Below, one piece after another: positions 1-9,924 of a DNA stretch of 59,825 bases. Under the pieces are notes generated by a model. The model was not told where the DNA came from, did no database searches, and worked only from the letters and a program-made list of their open reading frames with translations. Source of the stretch: Candidatus Falkowbacteria bacterium (GTDB lineage Bacteria; Patescibacteriota; Patescibacteriia; Patescibacteriales; UBA12465); NCBI GenBank assembly GCA_903847415.1, contig CAINDR010000054.1:1-59825 (forward strand), written 5' to 3'. The stretch's first letter is position 1. The number at the start of each line of letters is the position of its first letter. The position numbers and the translations under genes were made by a program.

Positions 1-1
1 T

Positions 2-1204
2 GGTGTTGGTAAATCTGTTTTACAAACAGATATGATTGTTCAAGATATCGAAAATGGCAAAGGAGTTTGTGTTTTTGATCCTCACGGTGATTTAATTACC
101 GATGTTTTAGCTCGAATCCCTCTTGAGAGAGCTGAGGATGTTATTGTGTTTTCTCCTGCTGACATGCAAAGACCATTTGCTCTCAACCTTCTAGAATATG
201 ACCCTCGTTATCCTGAACAAAAAACTTTCGTGATTAACGAAATGATTGGTATCTTTGATAAATTATATGATCTAAAGGCTACCGGTGGTCCAATGTTTGA
301 ACAGTACATGAGAAATGCCCTCCTTTTGATTATGGATGACCCAGAAACTGGTTCAACTCTTCTAGAAATTCCGAAAGTCTTAGCTGATGAGAATTTTAGA
401 AAAATGAAACTAGCGAGATGTAAAAATGCTACTGTCGTTGATTTTTGGCGCAAAGAAGCTGAAAAAGCTGGTGGTGATGCTGCTTTGGCAAATATTGTCC
501 CATATATTACCTCCAAACTAACCCCTTTTGTTTCCAATGACATGATGCGTCCAATTATTGGTCAACAAAATAGTTCTTTTAATTTTCGTAATGCCATGGA
601 TAGCCAAAAAATTATTTTGGTTGATATTCCAAAGGGGGTTATTGGTGAGATTAACACTTATCTTTTAGGAATGATCATTGTTGGAAAAATTTTAATGGCC
701 GCCTTATCTCGTACGGATATGGAACAAAAAGATCGCAAAAATTTCTTTTTATACATTGATGAGTTTCAAAATTTTACCACTAATTCAATTTGCCAAATTC
801 TTTCAGAAGCGAGAAAATATGGGCTTGGTTTGATTATCGCCCATCAATATATTGGACAATTAAGCAAAAATAATAATACAGAAATTAAAGACGCTGTTTT
901 TGGAAACGTTGGCACAATGATTGCTTTTAAAGTTGGCGCCGAAGATGCTGAATTTTTAATTAAAGAATTTGGACCAGTTTTTAATGAGTTTGATTTGGTA
1001 AATGTTCCAAAAGGGACTGCTTATCTGAAATTACTAGCTGATAATGCTGCGCTCCGACCATTTTCTTTGCAGCCAATTTGGCCAATTTTTGGCACCGAAA
1101 GACCTGAAATTTGCGATAAGATTCGAGCTCTTTCTCGTTTGAAATATGGTCAAGATCGCAGTATTGTGGAAGCAGAGATTGCCAGGAGAGCTTTGATAGT
1201 TTAA
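2..1204 (+). CDS. VirD4/TraD/TraG-like type IV coupling-protein family P-loop ATPase, 5' end cut by the window edge
   Basis: The frame is open from nt 2, where GVGKSVLQTD gives a Walker A GxGKS at nt 2-16, and continues into listed ORF 32..1204. A Walker B-like FFLYIDEFQNF and LIIAHQ follow. The true start lies upstream of the window. Confidence 0.7.
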   Translation, partial: GVGKSVLQTDMIVQDIENGKGVCVFDPHGDLITDVLARIPLERAEDVIVFSPADMQRPFALNLLEYDPRYPEQKTFVINEMIGIFDKLYDLKATGGPMFEQYMRNALLLIMDDPETGSTLLEIPKVLADENFRKMKLARCKNATVVDFWRKEAEKAGGDAALANIVPYITSKLTPFVSNDMMRPIIGQQNSSFNFRNAMDSQKIILVDIPKGVIGEINTYLLGMIIVGKILMAALSRTDMEQKDRKNFFLYIDEFQNFTTNSICQILSEARKYGLGLIIAHQYIGQLSKNNNTEIKDAVFGNVGTMIAFKVGAEDAEFLIKEFGPVFNEFDLVNVPKGTAYLKLLADNAALRPFSLQPIWPIFGTERPEICDKIRALSRLKYGQDRSIVEAEIARRALIV

Positions 1205-1215
1205 AATAAAGTCCT

Positions 1216-2820
1216 ATGTCTACTTTATACCGCGATTATCGGCCACAAGACTTTTCTCAGGTATTTGGCCAGAATCATATTAAAATAACCATTAAGAATG
1301 AGTTAGCTGCTAATCGTTTGGCGGGTGCTTATCTTTTTTGTGGTCCAAGAGCGGTTGGAAAAACTACTTTGGCTCGAATTATTGCAAAAGCCGCAAATTG
1401 TGAAGAAAGAAAAGACGGGGAAGCGGAACCTTGTAATCATTGTCCTTCCTGTGTTAGTTCTCAGGAAGGTAAAAACTTAGATCTTTTAGAAATTGATGCA
1501 GCTTCTAATACTGGCGTTGATCATGTGCGTGAAAATATCATTGCTTCTGCTCACCTAGCACCAAATGGCCATAAGTATAAAGTATTTATTATTGACGAAG
1601 TCCATATGCTTTCTACGGCTGCCTGGAACGCTCTCCTTAAAATAATGGAAGAGCCACCGGCACATATTCTATTTATCCTTTGCACAACTGAAATCCATAA
1701 AGTTCCACTGACCATTATTTCTCGTTGCGAACGATTTGATTTTAAGAGAATCAGCTTAGCGGACACAGTTGAAAAATTAAAAAGAATCATTGCCAAAGAA
1801 GGCGTTGAGGCTGACGAATCAGTATTAACTGCAATTGCTCAAAATTCAGGTGGTCATTTGCGTGATGCTGAAAGTTTATTGGGTCAAATTATTGCAATTA
1901 GTGGCAAAAAGATTGATTCAGAAAAAGCTGCCCTGATCTTACCAAAAAATAATAATCGAGAAATAATTGAGCTGTTAGAATGTCTTTCCAAAAAAGATAG
2001 CGCCCAAGCACTTCGCTTAGTTAATAATTTTTTGGATAGTGGTGTAAATATTAAAAATTTTATTTCAGATTTAGTTGAGTTGGTACGTAAAATTTTATTA
2101 AACAAAGTTAGCCCAGGTTTAGCAGAGAACGTTGGTTTGGATTTTGGTGAAAATTTGGAATTAAAAATTAATGAACTTCAAGAAAAATTAAGCTTGGAAA
2201 GCCTTATTCGTTTTGCTCTTAGATTTAATTCTTTGGCCGGAGAACAAAAAAATGCCGCAATCATTCAATTGCCGCTAGAGCTAGCAATTATTGAACTATG
2301 CCTTGGTGAACAAAAAGAAGTAGTCTTGAAAACTAATTATCCCAACCCTGAAATAATCGCCTCATCACCAAAAATAGAGAAAAAAACAGAAATTGTTCCT
2401 GCGGAGAACCTTGATAAAATTGAACTAAAAGAAGGCAATTCAGTTACTAATAATGAATTAGAAAAAAAATGGGTAGAATTTCTCATTAAAATCAAGCATC
2501 TTAACCATTCCTTATCTTTCGTAATGCAAAATTCAAAACCAGAAGGAATTAGTGATGGTATTTTAACCCTCGGCTTTAAATATAAATTGCATAGTGATCG
2601 GGTTAATCAAGCTGAAATCCGAGATTTAATTGAAAAAACACTCCAGGAGGTTTATGGCGCCAAACTAAAAATTAAAGTTCGTCTTGATGATAGCTTAGTT
2701 ATCACTCCTCGTGATACCTCAGAAAAAGAAGAAGAAAAAAAAGTAGAAGTTAAAAATCCAGAAGGAAATTCATTTATCAATAACTTTCTTCAGAGTTTTG
2801 GTGGTGAAATAATAAGTTAA
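1216..2820 (+). CDS. dnaX: DNA polymerase III subunit gamma/tau
   Basis: N-terminus YRPQDFSQVFGQNHI, Walker A GPRAVGKTT, Zn module CNHCPSC, and DEVHML / SRC clamp-loader motifs. Confidence 0.9.
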   Translation: MSTLYRDYRPQDFSQVFGQNHIKITIKNELAANRLAGAYLFCGPRAVGKTTLARIIAKAANCEERKDGEAEPCNHCPSCVSSQEGKNLDLLEIDAASNTGVDHVRENIIASAHLAPNGHKYKVFIIDEVHMLSTAAWNALLKIMEEPPAHILFILCTTEIHKVPLTIISRCERFDFKRISLADTVEKLKRIIAKEGVEADESVLTAIAQNSGGHLRDAESLLGQIIAISGKKIDSEKAALILPKNNNREIIELLECLSKKDSAQALRLVNNFLDSGVNIKNFISDLVELVRKILLNKVSPGLAENVGLDFGENLELKINELQEKLSLESLIRFALRFNSLAGEQKNAAIIQLPLELAIIELCLGEQKEVVLKTNYPNPEIIASSPKIEKKTEIVPAENLDKIELKEGNSVTNNELEKKWVEFLIKIKHLNHSLSFVMQNSKPEGISDGILTLGFKYKLHSDRVNQAEIRDLIEKTLQEVYGAKLKIKVRLDDSLVITPRDTSEKEEEKKVEVKNPEGNSFINNFLQSFGGEIIS

Positions 2821-2824
2821 AAAT

Positions 2825-4075
2825 ATGTTAGATTTAAAATTAATCAGAGAAGAAACTGAAAAAGTTCAAACCGCTTTATTAAAGAGAATGTCTCCTGAAG
2901 ACCTTGATCTCCAGAAAATTATTAATCTCGACAATCAACGTCGGTCGCTTCTTTTGGTGCTTGAAGAAAAAAAAGGCGAAAGAAATCGCTCCTCAAAAGC
3001 CAAGCCTACTGAAGAAATTATCATCAAAATGAAAGTTTTGGGTGAAGAAATTAAAACAGAAGAAGATGAATTGAATAAGGTTGAACTAGAGTTAAAAGAA
3101 GCCATCTCCGCTTTGCCGAACTTGCCAGCTGATGATGTTTTGTCTGGAGGGAAGGAAAATAATCAAGCAATTTACACTTTTGGCGAAAAGCCAAGTTTTG
3201 ACTTTACTCCAAAAGACCATGTGGAGTTGGCAACTGATTTAGGTTTAATCGATTATCCAAGGGCTGCTAAGATGTCTGGTGCTGGTTTTTGGATTTATAA
3301 AGGAGCTGGAGCTCAATTGGAATGGGCTTTATTAAATTATTTTACTGAACATCATAATCAAAGAAATTACCGTTTTATCCTTCCGCCGTATTTACTTAAC
3401 GAATCATCTGCTTACGCTTCTGGTCATTTACCAAAATTTCGAGAAGATTTATTCTGGACGGAAGATGGTCTTTGTCTTAATGCAACCTCAGAGATGATGT
3501 TGAACAATTATCATCGAGATGAAATTCTACCAACCGAAGAATTACCTTTGAAATATTATGCTTATTCGGCTTGTTTTCGGAGAGAAGCTGGTTCTTATCG
3601 CAAAGAAGAACGGGGGATGATTCGTGGTCATCAATTTAACAAAATGGAAATGTTTCAATTCACTAAACCAGAAGATTCTTGGTTAGCTTTCGAAGAGATA
3701 CTTACTTCGGCTAAAGAAATGATTGAGGGGCTTGGTTTGCATTTCCAAATTAGTAAATTAGCAGCCGGAGATTGTTCATCGGCAATGGCTAAAACGGTTG
3801 ATTTAGAAGTTTGGATTCCTAGCATGGAGATTTATAAAGAAGTTAGTTCGGTTTCTAACGCCTTAGATTATCAAGCTCGTCGTTCCAACATTCGTTTTAA
3901 AAATTCGAATGGAAAAAATGAATTTGTTCATACTTTAAATGGCTCCGGCTTGGCCACCAGTCGCTTGTTTCCAGCCATCCTAGAGCAATTTCAGACCTCC
4001 GAGGGAACAGTAAAGGTGCCAGTAGCCCTTCGTAAGTATTTACCAGAAGATCTTTGGGAATTAAAGAAAAAATAA
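2825..4075 (+). CDS. serS: seryl-tRNA synthetase
   Basis: Coiled-coil N-arm starting MLDLKLIRE, then class II motifs (FRREAGS, GHQFNKMEMF, GSGLATSR). Starts 4 nt after the dnaX stop. Confidence 0.92.
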   Translation: MLDLKLIREETEKVQTALLKRMSPEDLDLQKIINLDNQRRSLLLVLEEKKGERNRSSKAKPTEEIIIKMKVLGEEIKTEEDELNKVELELKEAISALPNLPADDVLSGGKENNQAIYTFGEKPSFDFTPKDHVELATDLGLIDYPRAAKMSGAGFWIYKGAGAQLEWALLNYFTEHHNQRNYRFILPPYLLNESSAYASGHLPKFREDLFWTEDGLCLNATSEMMLNNYHRDEILPTEELPLKYYAYSACFRREAGSYRKEERGMIRGHQFNKMEMFQFTKPEDSWLAFEEILTSAKEMIEGLGLHFQISKLAAGDCSSAMAKTVDLEVWIPSMEIYKEVSSVSNALDYQARRSNIRFKNSNGKNEFVHTLNGSGLATSRLFPAILEQFQTSEGTVKVPVALRKYLPEDLWELKKK

Positions 4076-4090
4076 AAAGCAAATATTTTA

Positions 4091-4124
4091 AAAAAGCCTC
4101 CTGATTAAGGGGGCTTTTGTTTTA
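4091..4124. terminator. bidirectional intrinsic terminator between serS and 4126..4935
   Basis: AAAGCCTCC-tgattaa-GGGGGCTTT flanked by an A-run and a T-run. Confidence 0.7.
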
Positions 4125-4125
4125 T

Positions 4126-4935
4126 TTAGGAAACAAGAAATGCCTGACTTTTGTCTATTGCGATCTCCTTTTCAAATGTTATAGTTACATGAGACATTGC
4201 TGGTAGCAATTCTTTTTTTAGGCTCATGATATTGGCAAATTCTTTATTAAAATCTGACTCAGAAATTTTTTGGTCAACAAAAGATTTCGCAAGTTCAATC
4301 ATTTCTGCTTTCTTTTCTTTTTCTATCTTTCCTATCTTTTTAGACAGAAAATCTTTAACAGAGAAAGTGAAAGAAACATTTGCTTTTTTATTCGATTCTT
4401 TATCGAATAATATTTTTGCTATCTCTAGGCTGTAATGGCTGTAGTTATCGAAAGTGAGACCAATTTTAAAGGTCACTGTTACTGGGAATTTTAGGCCAGG
4501 ACCATACAGCGATGAAGTGAATTCATGACTATAATATCCACTTTTTTCTAAGTGCATATAACAAGTTAGTCCTTTTGACCAATATGGTTTATCAATGATT
4601 TTTAAATCTTCTCCACATTTTAGCACAATAAAAGGATCAGTTTCTTTTACTTTATAAAATAAATCTCGAGTTACTGGCCTAGTAATATATTTCTTAATTA
4701 TGTAATACGCATAGGCGCAGTGAATTACGGATATAGAAAAAAATAATATTACCAAATCCCAGACTAACACCGTAGGTATAATATTTAAAAAGTTTAGGAC
4801 AACGAAAGTCACCGCTGCGATCACGTTTACTACGAAAGAATACCAAACTGGATGAGCAGTAAAGAACAAAAACCAACTTTTTTTAGGGTTTTTGCAGAAT
4901 AAAGAAATAGCTTCCTTGATTTTCTGTTTTTTCAT
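4126..4935 (-). CDS. hypothetical 2-TM membrane protein (paralog A of the 5069..5794 product)
   Basis: 269-aa ORF starting MKK. Shares WFLFF..HP, two hydrophobic helices, YYIIKKYITRP and IIDKPYW with the neighbouring ORF. Confidence 0.6.
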   Translation of the reverse strand: MKKQKIKEAISLFCKNPKKSWFLFFTAHPVWYSFVVNVIAAVTFVVLNFLNIIPTVLVWDLVILFFSISVIHCAYAYYIIKKYITRPVTRDLFYKVKETDPFIVLKCGEDLKIIDKPYWSKGLTCYMHLEKSGYYSHEFTSSLYGPGLKFPVTVTFKIGLTFDNYSHYSLEIAKILFDKESNKKANVSFTFSVKDFLSKKIGKIEKEKKAEMIELAKSFVDQKISESDFNKEFANIMSLKKELLPAMSHVTITFEKEIAIDKSQAFLVS

Positions 4936-5030
4936 GTTTTAAGTTTTTTTTTAAGTTTTTAAAGATTAATTGAACTAAGTCTAAACGGCTTAGTTTAATA
5001 AACTAACAAAATAAACATTTTTTGTCAATA

Positions 5031-5058
5031 AAAAAAACCGTTGTTGATCCAACGGTTT
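5031..5058 (-). terminator. intrinsic terminator after 5069..5794
   Basis: AACCGTTG-ttgatc-CAACGGTT, with a T-run on the minus strand (plus-strand A7 at 5031-5037). Confidence 0.7.
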
Positions 5059-5068
5059 ACCTTTTGTG

Positions 5069-5794
5069 TTACAAGCGAAAACTATGCCTGATTGAAATGT
5101 TATCATCAAAAACCACTTCCACTACTTTTAAATGGGGCAAGGAATATTTTTCTACATTTAAGCTTAGAAAAATTTTCTCCCGGAGAAGCTGATCAGACAA
5201 TTTTCCTTCAAAATACGACAAACAAGCTAGGCCTATTTTTTCTTTATTTCTGCGCTTGGCTTTTTCCACTAACCAATTAGCAAACCGATCTGGTCTAGTG
5301 CTAATTAATGTTTCTCTTTCATTTTTCTGAATAAATTCTTCGTATAAATCTTCATCGGCTAAAATTTTCTTTATTGAAGCAATTTGAGAAATCCGATTAG
5401 TGGATGGCTCCATTATTATTGTGAAGGGAATAGTTACTTCTAGTTCTGTAATTTTGAAAGACCGACTCCAAAGCCCTCGACCAATAAATTGCGCTTCGTA
5501 TCTATGCGTATTTTGCCATATTGGTCTTTCAATAATTGATACTTCGGGATTCATGATAAATCTAAACTGCTCCTCACTTTTTTGGAGCGGTCTAATTATT
5601 TTATAAAATATTAAATAATAGACCAAAACTTGGTGCCCTAAAATAACAAAGAGTACGAAAATAAATGTCTTCAAAGTAACTTGAAATAAAAGAGCAAAAA
5701 CTGTCACCAACAAACCAATTAATAGTGTATGAATAATTGGATGTTTCGAAAAAGAAAGAAACCATTTTCTAAATAGATTTGTTGTTTTTTTCAT
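5069..5794 (-). CDS. hypothetical 2-TM membrane protein (paralog B)
   Basis: 241-aa ORF with the same layout as 4126..4935 (WFLSF..HP, two TM helices, YYLIFYKIIRP, IIERPIW). Has its own downstream hairpin terminator. Confidence 0.6.
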   Translation of the reverse strand: MKKTTNLFRKWFLSFSKHPIIHTLLIGLLVTVFALLFQVTLKTFIFVLFVILGHQVLVYYLIFYKIIRPLQKSEEQFRFIMNPEVSIIERPIWQNTHRYEAQFIGRGLWSRSFKITELEVTIPFTIIMEPSTNRISQIASIKKILADEDLYEEFIQKNERETLISTRPDRFANWLVEKAKRRNKEKIGLACLSYFEGKLSDQLLREKIFLSLNVEKYSLPHLKVVEVVFDDNISIRHSFRL

Positions 5795-5907
5795 GATTTT
5801 TTTTATAAGATTAATATTTAATTAACTAAAAATTCACCATTTTTTTGATTGAACTTTATAGTTAATTAAATATCTTCTTGCTTGTGAAAGAACTAACTTA
5901 GCTTTAA

Positions 5908-5936
5908 AAATTATCAAACAAACTAAAAATTGTCAA
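5908..5936 (-). promoter_or_regulatory. candidate promoter for 5069..5794
   Basis: On the minus strand: TTGACA (5931-5936), 17 nt, TAATTT (5908-5913). Implies a long 5' UTR. Confidence 0.35.
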
Positions 5937-5956
5937 CATTAAAGTCAATCTTTTTC

Positions 5957-5985
5957 TTGACATCAACAAAACTTTGTGTTAGAAT
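5957..5985 (+). promoter_or_regulatory. sigma70-type promoter for 6011..8014
   Basis: TTGACA (5957-5962), 17-nt spacer, TAGAAT (5980-5985) with an upstream TGt extended -10. Confidence 0.6.
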
Positions 5986-6010
5986 CTTAAGTTGAAATAT
6001 TAGCAAATTT

Positions 6011-8014
6011 ATGCCAAAAAAGACCATAAAAATCGCGATTTTTACCATACTAACCCTTTTAATCGGCTTTCAGCCGTTGTTTGCATTGGCCGCAACTGAG
6101 CCAGGGACACCAAAAATTGCTAATTATTATTTAAAATACGAAATTAGCGATGCTGAAGCAGAGGAGCTTGCCAAATGGGATTTTCTGATTTTAGATATGG
6201 AAAACCAGGAAACCAGCCCGGCCCAGCTGACAAAAATCAGGGAACTGAACCCAAAAATTAAAATTGTTGCCTACCTTACTTCTGAGGAAATCTTAGAGTA
6301 TGTTAATTCTGGTTATGCACCAATGCGTGCCGAACTTCGATCAGAAATTAAAGAAAGCTACTGGCTCAAAGACCAAAATGGCAATAAGCTTTCTTTTTGG
6401 TCGGGAACCTTGATGCTTAATGGTAGTGACACTAGCTCCGACTCTTGGAATACTTATCTCGCAAATTTTATTAATCAAAGAATCAAAGCCTCCGGTTATT
6501 GGGATGGCGTCTTTTTAGATAATCTTTGGCCAGAAATTTCTTGGTTTAATGGAGGAAATATTGATTTAAATAATGATGCAAAAAAAGATTCTGCTGGTGA
6601 TTTAAACGCTCGCTGGTTGAATGGTTCAAAAAATTTATTAACCCAAATCCGCGCCAAAACTGGCAACAGTTTTTTAATTATTGCTAATGGCCAGGCCGAT
6701 GCTCGTTTTGAAAAAGATTTGAATGGTCGTTTGTTGGAAAATTTTCCAACCCTTTTTAGTAATGGCGGTTGGACTAATGCCATGAAATCTTATTCCTTAT
6801 CAGTAAATGCTCAAAAAGCGCCAAAATTAGCAGCCTTAAATACTTATAGCAAGAACCAATACGATTACCGCAAATTCCGCTTTGGCCTTACCAGCGCTTT
6901 AATGTCTGACGGATATTATAGTTTTGATTATGACGTCACAAACCATGGTCAGACTTGGTGGTATGATGAATACGATGTAAAATTGGGGCAAGCGGAAAAT
7001 ACTGCTTATAATTTATTAAACAAAAATTCAAACTCCTGGCAGGCCGGTTTATGGCGTCGCGATTTTGAAAATGGTATTGCTGTAGTAAATTCGACAAACA
7101 AAACTCAAACTTATTCCTTTCAAAAAGAAAATTTTGAAAAAATTTCTGGTACTCAAGACGTTGGAGTTAATAGCAGTGAAAAAACGAACTGGGTCAAACT
7201 TGTACCCGGTGACGGTATTATTCTTCTAAAAAAGAATACTGAGATTATTGAAAGTGCTTTTACTAACGGAGAATTTGTTCGTGTTTTAAATGACCGAAAT
7301 CAAGCTGTTCAAAATGGTTATTTTACTTACCTTGATTATATTCCTGGCTCGGCTCAGGTTCTAATCACAAATTTCAACGACGGAAAAGCAACAATCAATT
7401 CAGTTGGCGGAAAAATTACCATTACTCGTCAAGGAAAAATTCTAAAAAGCTTTCGTGCTTATTCTGATAATAACTTGAACAATGTGACATTAGCGACTGG
7501 TGATATCTTTGAAAATACTGAAAAAGAAATTATTGTTGGCGCCGGAAAAGGCAATGAACCTTGGGTCAAGATTTTTAGTCGAAATGGAAAACAACTCGGT
7601 AAATTTTATGCTTTTGATCAAACCTTTCGGGGAGGGGTAAGGGTTGCGGTTGCTGATTTAGATAATGATGGTAAAATAGAAATAGTTACTACCCCAGGAC
7701 CTGGCCTTAATTCGCAAGTAAACATTTTTAGTAGCGACGGAAAATTAAAAAATCAATTCAAGGTTTTTGAAGACGGCTTTAAAGGTGGTGTTAGTGTTGC
7801 TACTGCTGATATCGATGGTGATGGAATTAGCGAAATAGTAGTGGGTGCTGGCCCTGGTGGCGGACCACAGGTAGCAATTTATAATGGAAATGGTGAGTTA
7901 AAATCACAATTCTATGCTTATGATAATGATTTTAAAAAGGGGGTTCGTGTCTCCGCTTCTGATGTAAATAAAGACGGAAAGGCGGAAATTCTTGCCGGTA
8001 TTATTAACTTTTAA
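6011..8014 (+). CDS. secreted protein: N-terminal putative glycoside-hydrolase-like (GHL-type) domain plus C-terminal FG-GAP/VCBS repeats
   Basis: Signal peptide ending LFALAAT. C-terminal repeats are VADLDNDGKIEIV, TADIDGDGISEIVVGAGPGGGPQV and ASDVNKDGKAEIL. The N-domain assignment is inference only. Confidence 0.65.
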   Translation: MPKKTIKIAIFTILTLLIGFQPLFALAATEPGTPKIANYYLKYEISDAEAEELAKWDFLILDMENQETSPAQLTKIRELNPKIKIVAYLTSEEILEYVNSGYAPMRAELRSEIKESYWLKDQNGNKLSFWSGTLMLNGSDTSSDSWNTYLANFINQRIKASGYWDGVFLDNLWPEISWFNGGNIDLNNDAKKDSAGDLNARWLNGSKNLLTQIRAKTGNSFLIIANGQADARFEKDLNGRLLENFPTLFSNGGWTNAMKSYSLSVNAQKAPKLAALNTYSKNQYDYRKFRFGLTSALMSDGYYSFDYDVTNHGQTWWYDEYDVKLGQAENTAYNLLNKNSNSWQAGLWRRDFENGIAVVNSTNKTQTYSFQKENFEKISGTQDVGVNSSEKTNWVKLVPGDGIILLKKNTEIIESAFTNGEFVRVLNDRNQAVQNGYFTYLDYIPGSAQVLITNFNDGKATINSVGGKITITRQGKILKSFRAYSDNNLNNVTLATGDIFENTEKEIIVGAGKGNEPWVKIFSRNGKQLGKFYAFDQTFRGGVRVAVADLDNDGKIEIVTTPGPGLNSQVNIFSSDGKLKNQFKVFEDGFKGGVSVATADIDGDGISEIVVGAGPGGGPQVAIYNGNGELKSQFYAYDNDFKKGVRVSASDVNKDGKAEILAGIINF

Positions 8015-8020
8015 AAATAT

Positions 8021-8761
8021 ATGAATCTCTTAAAAAATCTTCATAATCGTTCCAAGAATCGCTATGAAAAATTTTATCGTGGACGGTATTTTCATTTAAG
8101 TATCGACATAATTTTATTAGTAATTATTATTACCTTGGCCAGTTTGCTTTTTGCTGTCTATCGTTATGAGCCAGCAAATTCAAACTTAAATGTTCCAAAA
8201 CATCAAGAAAAAGTTGCTTCTACTAGCACTCCTGAAAAAAAAGAAGAAATCATAAAATTACCAAGAAAAACTCCAAGCAACTTGGTTGTGCAAACCCTAA
8301 TTTATTACCACAGTCCTCAGGGTGATCAATTGGGCTCTGGCCCAATTCCACCAATCGTTGGAATTCCAACAACCTATTGGTTATTTTTTAAGGCGGAAAA
8401 CCAAGGTAATGAAATTGGTGAATTTTTAATGAGCGCTAAATTACCAAATAATGTTGTTTTTACTGGAAATAAAACCTTAAATGCCGGCGATATCTCTTAC
8501 CAACCTGATCGTCATCTTTTGATTTGGAAAGTAAATAGTTTATCAAAAGAAAAATCTTCTTATTCGGCTGGAATGGAAATATCCCTAACCCCAACCCCGC
8601 AGCAAGTGGGGAAAAATTGCGAGTTAGTAGGTAGTATTTTTTATTCAGCAAAAGATTTGGAGGCAGAAACTGAACTAAGTGGTAATTTAAAAAGCATGAC
8701 AAGTTTCCTGGATTTTGATAAAATAAATCGAGGGCAAGGGAAGACTGAGGCTCTGGATTAA
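8021..8761 (+). CDS. hypothetical N-terminally anchored protein
   Basis: 246-aa ORF with one TM helix (IDIILLVIIITLASLLFAVY). Follows the previous gene by 6 nt. Confidence 0.55.
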   Translation: MNLLKNLHNRSKNRYEKFYRGRYFHLSIDIILLVIIITLASLLFAVYRYEPANSNLNVPKHQEKVASTSTPEKKEEIIKLPRKTPSNLVVQTLIYYHSPQGDQLGSGPIPPIVGIPTTYWLFFKAENQGNEIGEFLMSAKLPNNVVFTGNKTLNAGDISYQPDRHLLIWKVNSLSKEKSSYSAGMEISLTPTPQQVGKNCELVGSIFYSAKDLEAETELSGNLKSMTSFLDFDKINRGQGKTEALD

Positions 8762-8770
8762 TTATTATTT

Positions 8771-9919
8771 ATGATTATTTCTTTTTTAAAAAAAATTCGT
8801 CAGCCAAACTATCAACCTTTAAATAAAATAGAAATTTCTTCTGACCGCTTATTGGCCAATTTTCGCTTTCTTAAAAACCTTCAACCAAAATCAGAAATTA
8901 TCCCAGTCTTAAAGTCAAACGCCTATGGCCATGGCTTACGTGAAGTTTGCCAGATAATTAATGGCCACGCCAAAATGATTGCAGTTGATTCATTCCCAGA
9001 GGCGCAAATCGCCTATCGTTATTTTAAAGGAAAAGTTTTAATTATTGGGGAAATGCCTCTTGAGGCTTATCTTTATTGTCGACCAAAGAAAACTGAGTTT
9101 TGCGTTTATAATGACCAGACTTTGAAATTTTTAGCTAATCATTTTTTAAAACCAAGTATCCACCTCTTTGTAAATACTGGCATGAATAGGGAAGGTATTA
9201 AAAATTTGCCAGATTTTTTAGAAAGAAATAAAAATTTTTTAAAGAAAGTAAAAATTACCGGACTTTGCTCTCATTTAGCTTCTGCAGAAACGGATGCTTA
9301 TTTAAACAAAAAACAAGAACAAAGCTTCCTGAATTGCCTCGAACTTCTGAATGCCAACAAAATTCATCCGAAATTTATTCATCTGGGAAATTCTGCTGGG
9401 ACCTTTACTTTAAACAATTCAAAATTAAACGCTTTTCGCTGTGGACTATCTTTTTATGGATACAATCCATTTCCTAGCGAAAGTCCTCACCACAAGAGCG
9501 CTGAAGCCTTATCACCTGCCTTAAGAGTGGTTTCTCAAATTGTCGCCTTCCAAGATTTAATTAATGGTGATAGCGTATCCTATAACGAAACTTATCGCAG
9601 TGAAAATCAAGAAAAAATAGCAGTAGTTCCTTTCGGCTATCACGAAGGTTTGCCACGCAGCCTTTCTAATAAAGGGAAATTAAAAGTGATTAGCAAAAAT
9701 AAAAATTTTTGGGCCTCAGTTATTGGTAAAATTTGCATGAATCTTGCTTGTATTCAAATTGGCGATGAAAAAGTGCAACTAGGGAGCCCAGTGGAAATAG
9801 TTTCTTGGAACAAAAATGAGCACAATTCTTTGGAAAATTTAGCGAAAAATGCCAACCTAATTATTTATGAATTTTTAATTCATCTTGATAGCAAGATTAG
9901 GAGGGAAGTGGTAAAATAA
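8771..9919 (+). CDS. alr: alanine racemase
   Basis: PLP-lysine motif VLKSNAYGHG and a length and C-terminal beta domain typical of Alr. Confidence 0.88.
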   Translation: MIISFLKKIRQPNYQPLNKIEISSDRLLANFRFLKNLQPKSEIIPVLKSNAYGHGLREVCQIINGHAKMIAVDSFPEAQIAYRYFKGKVLIIGEMPLEAYLYCRPKKTEFCVYNDQTLKFLANHFLKPSIHLFVNTGMNREGIKNLPDFLERNKNFLKKVKITGLCSHLASAETDAYLNKKQEQSFLNCLELLNANKIHPKFIHLGNSAGTFTLNNSKLNAFRCGLSFYGYNPFPSESPHHKSAEALSPALRVVSQIVAFQDLINGDSVSYNETYRSENQEKIAVVPFGYHEGLPRSLSNKGKLKVISKNKNFWASVIGKICMNLACIQIGDEKVQLGSPVEIVSWNKNEHNSLENLAKNANLIIYEFLIHLDSKIRREVVK

Positions 9920-9924
9920 CTTCT

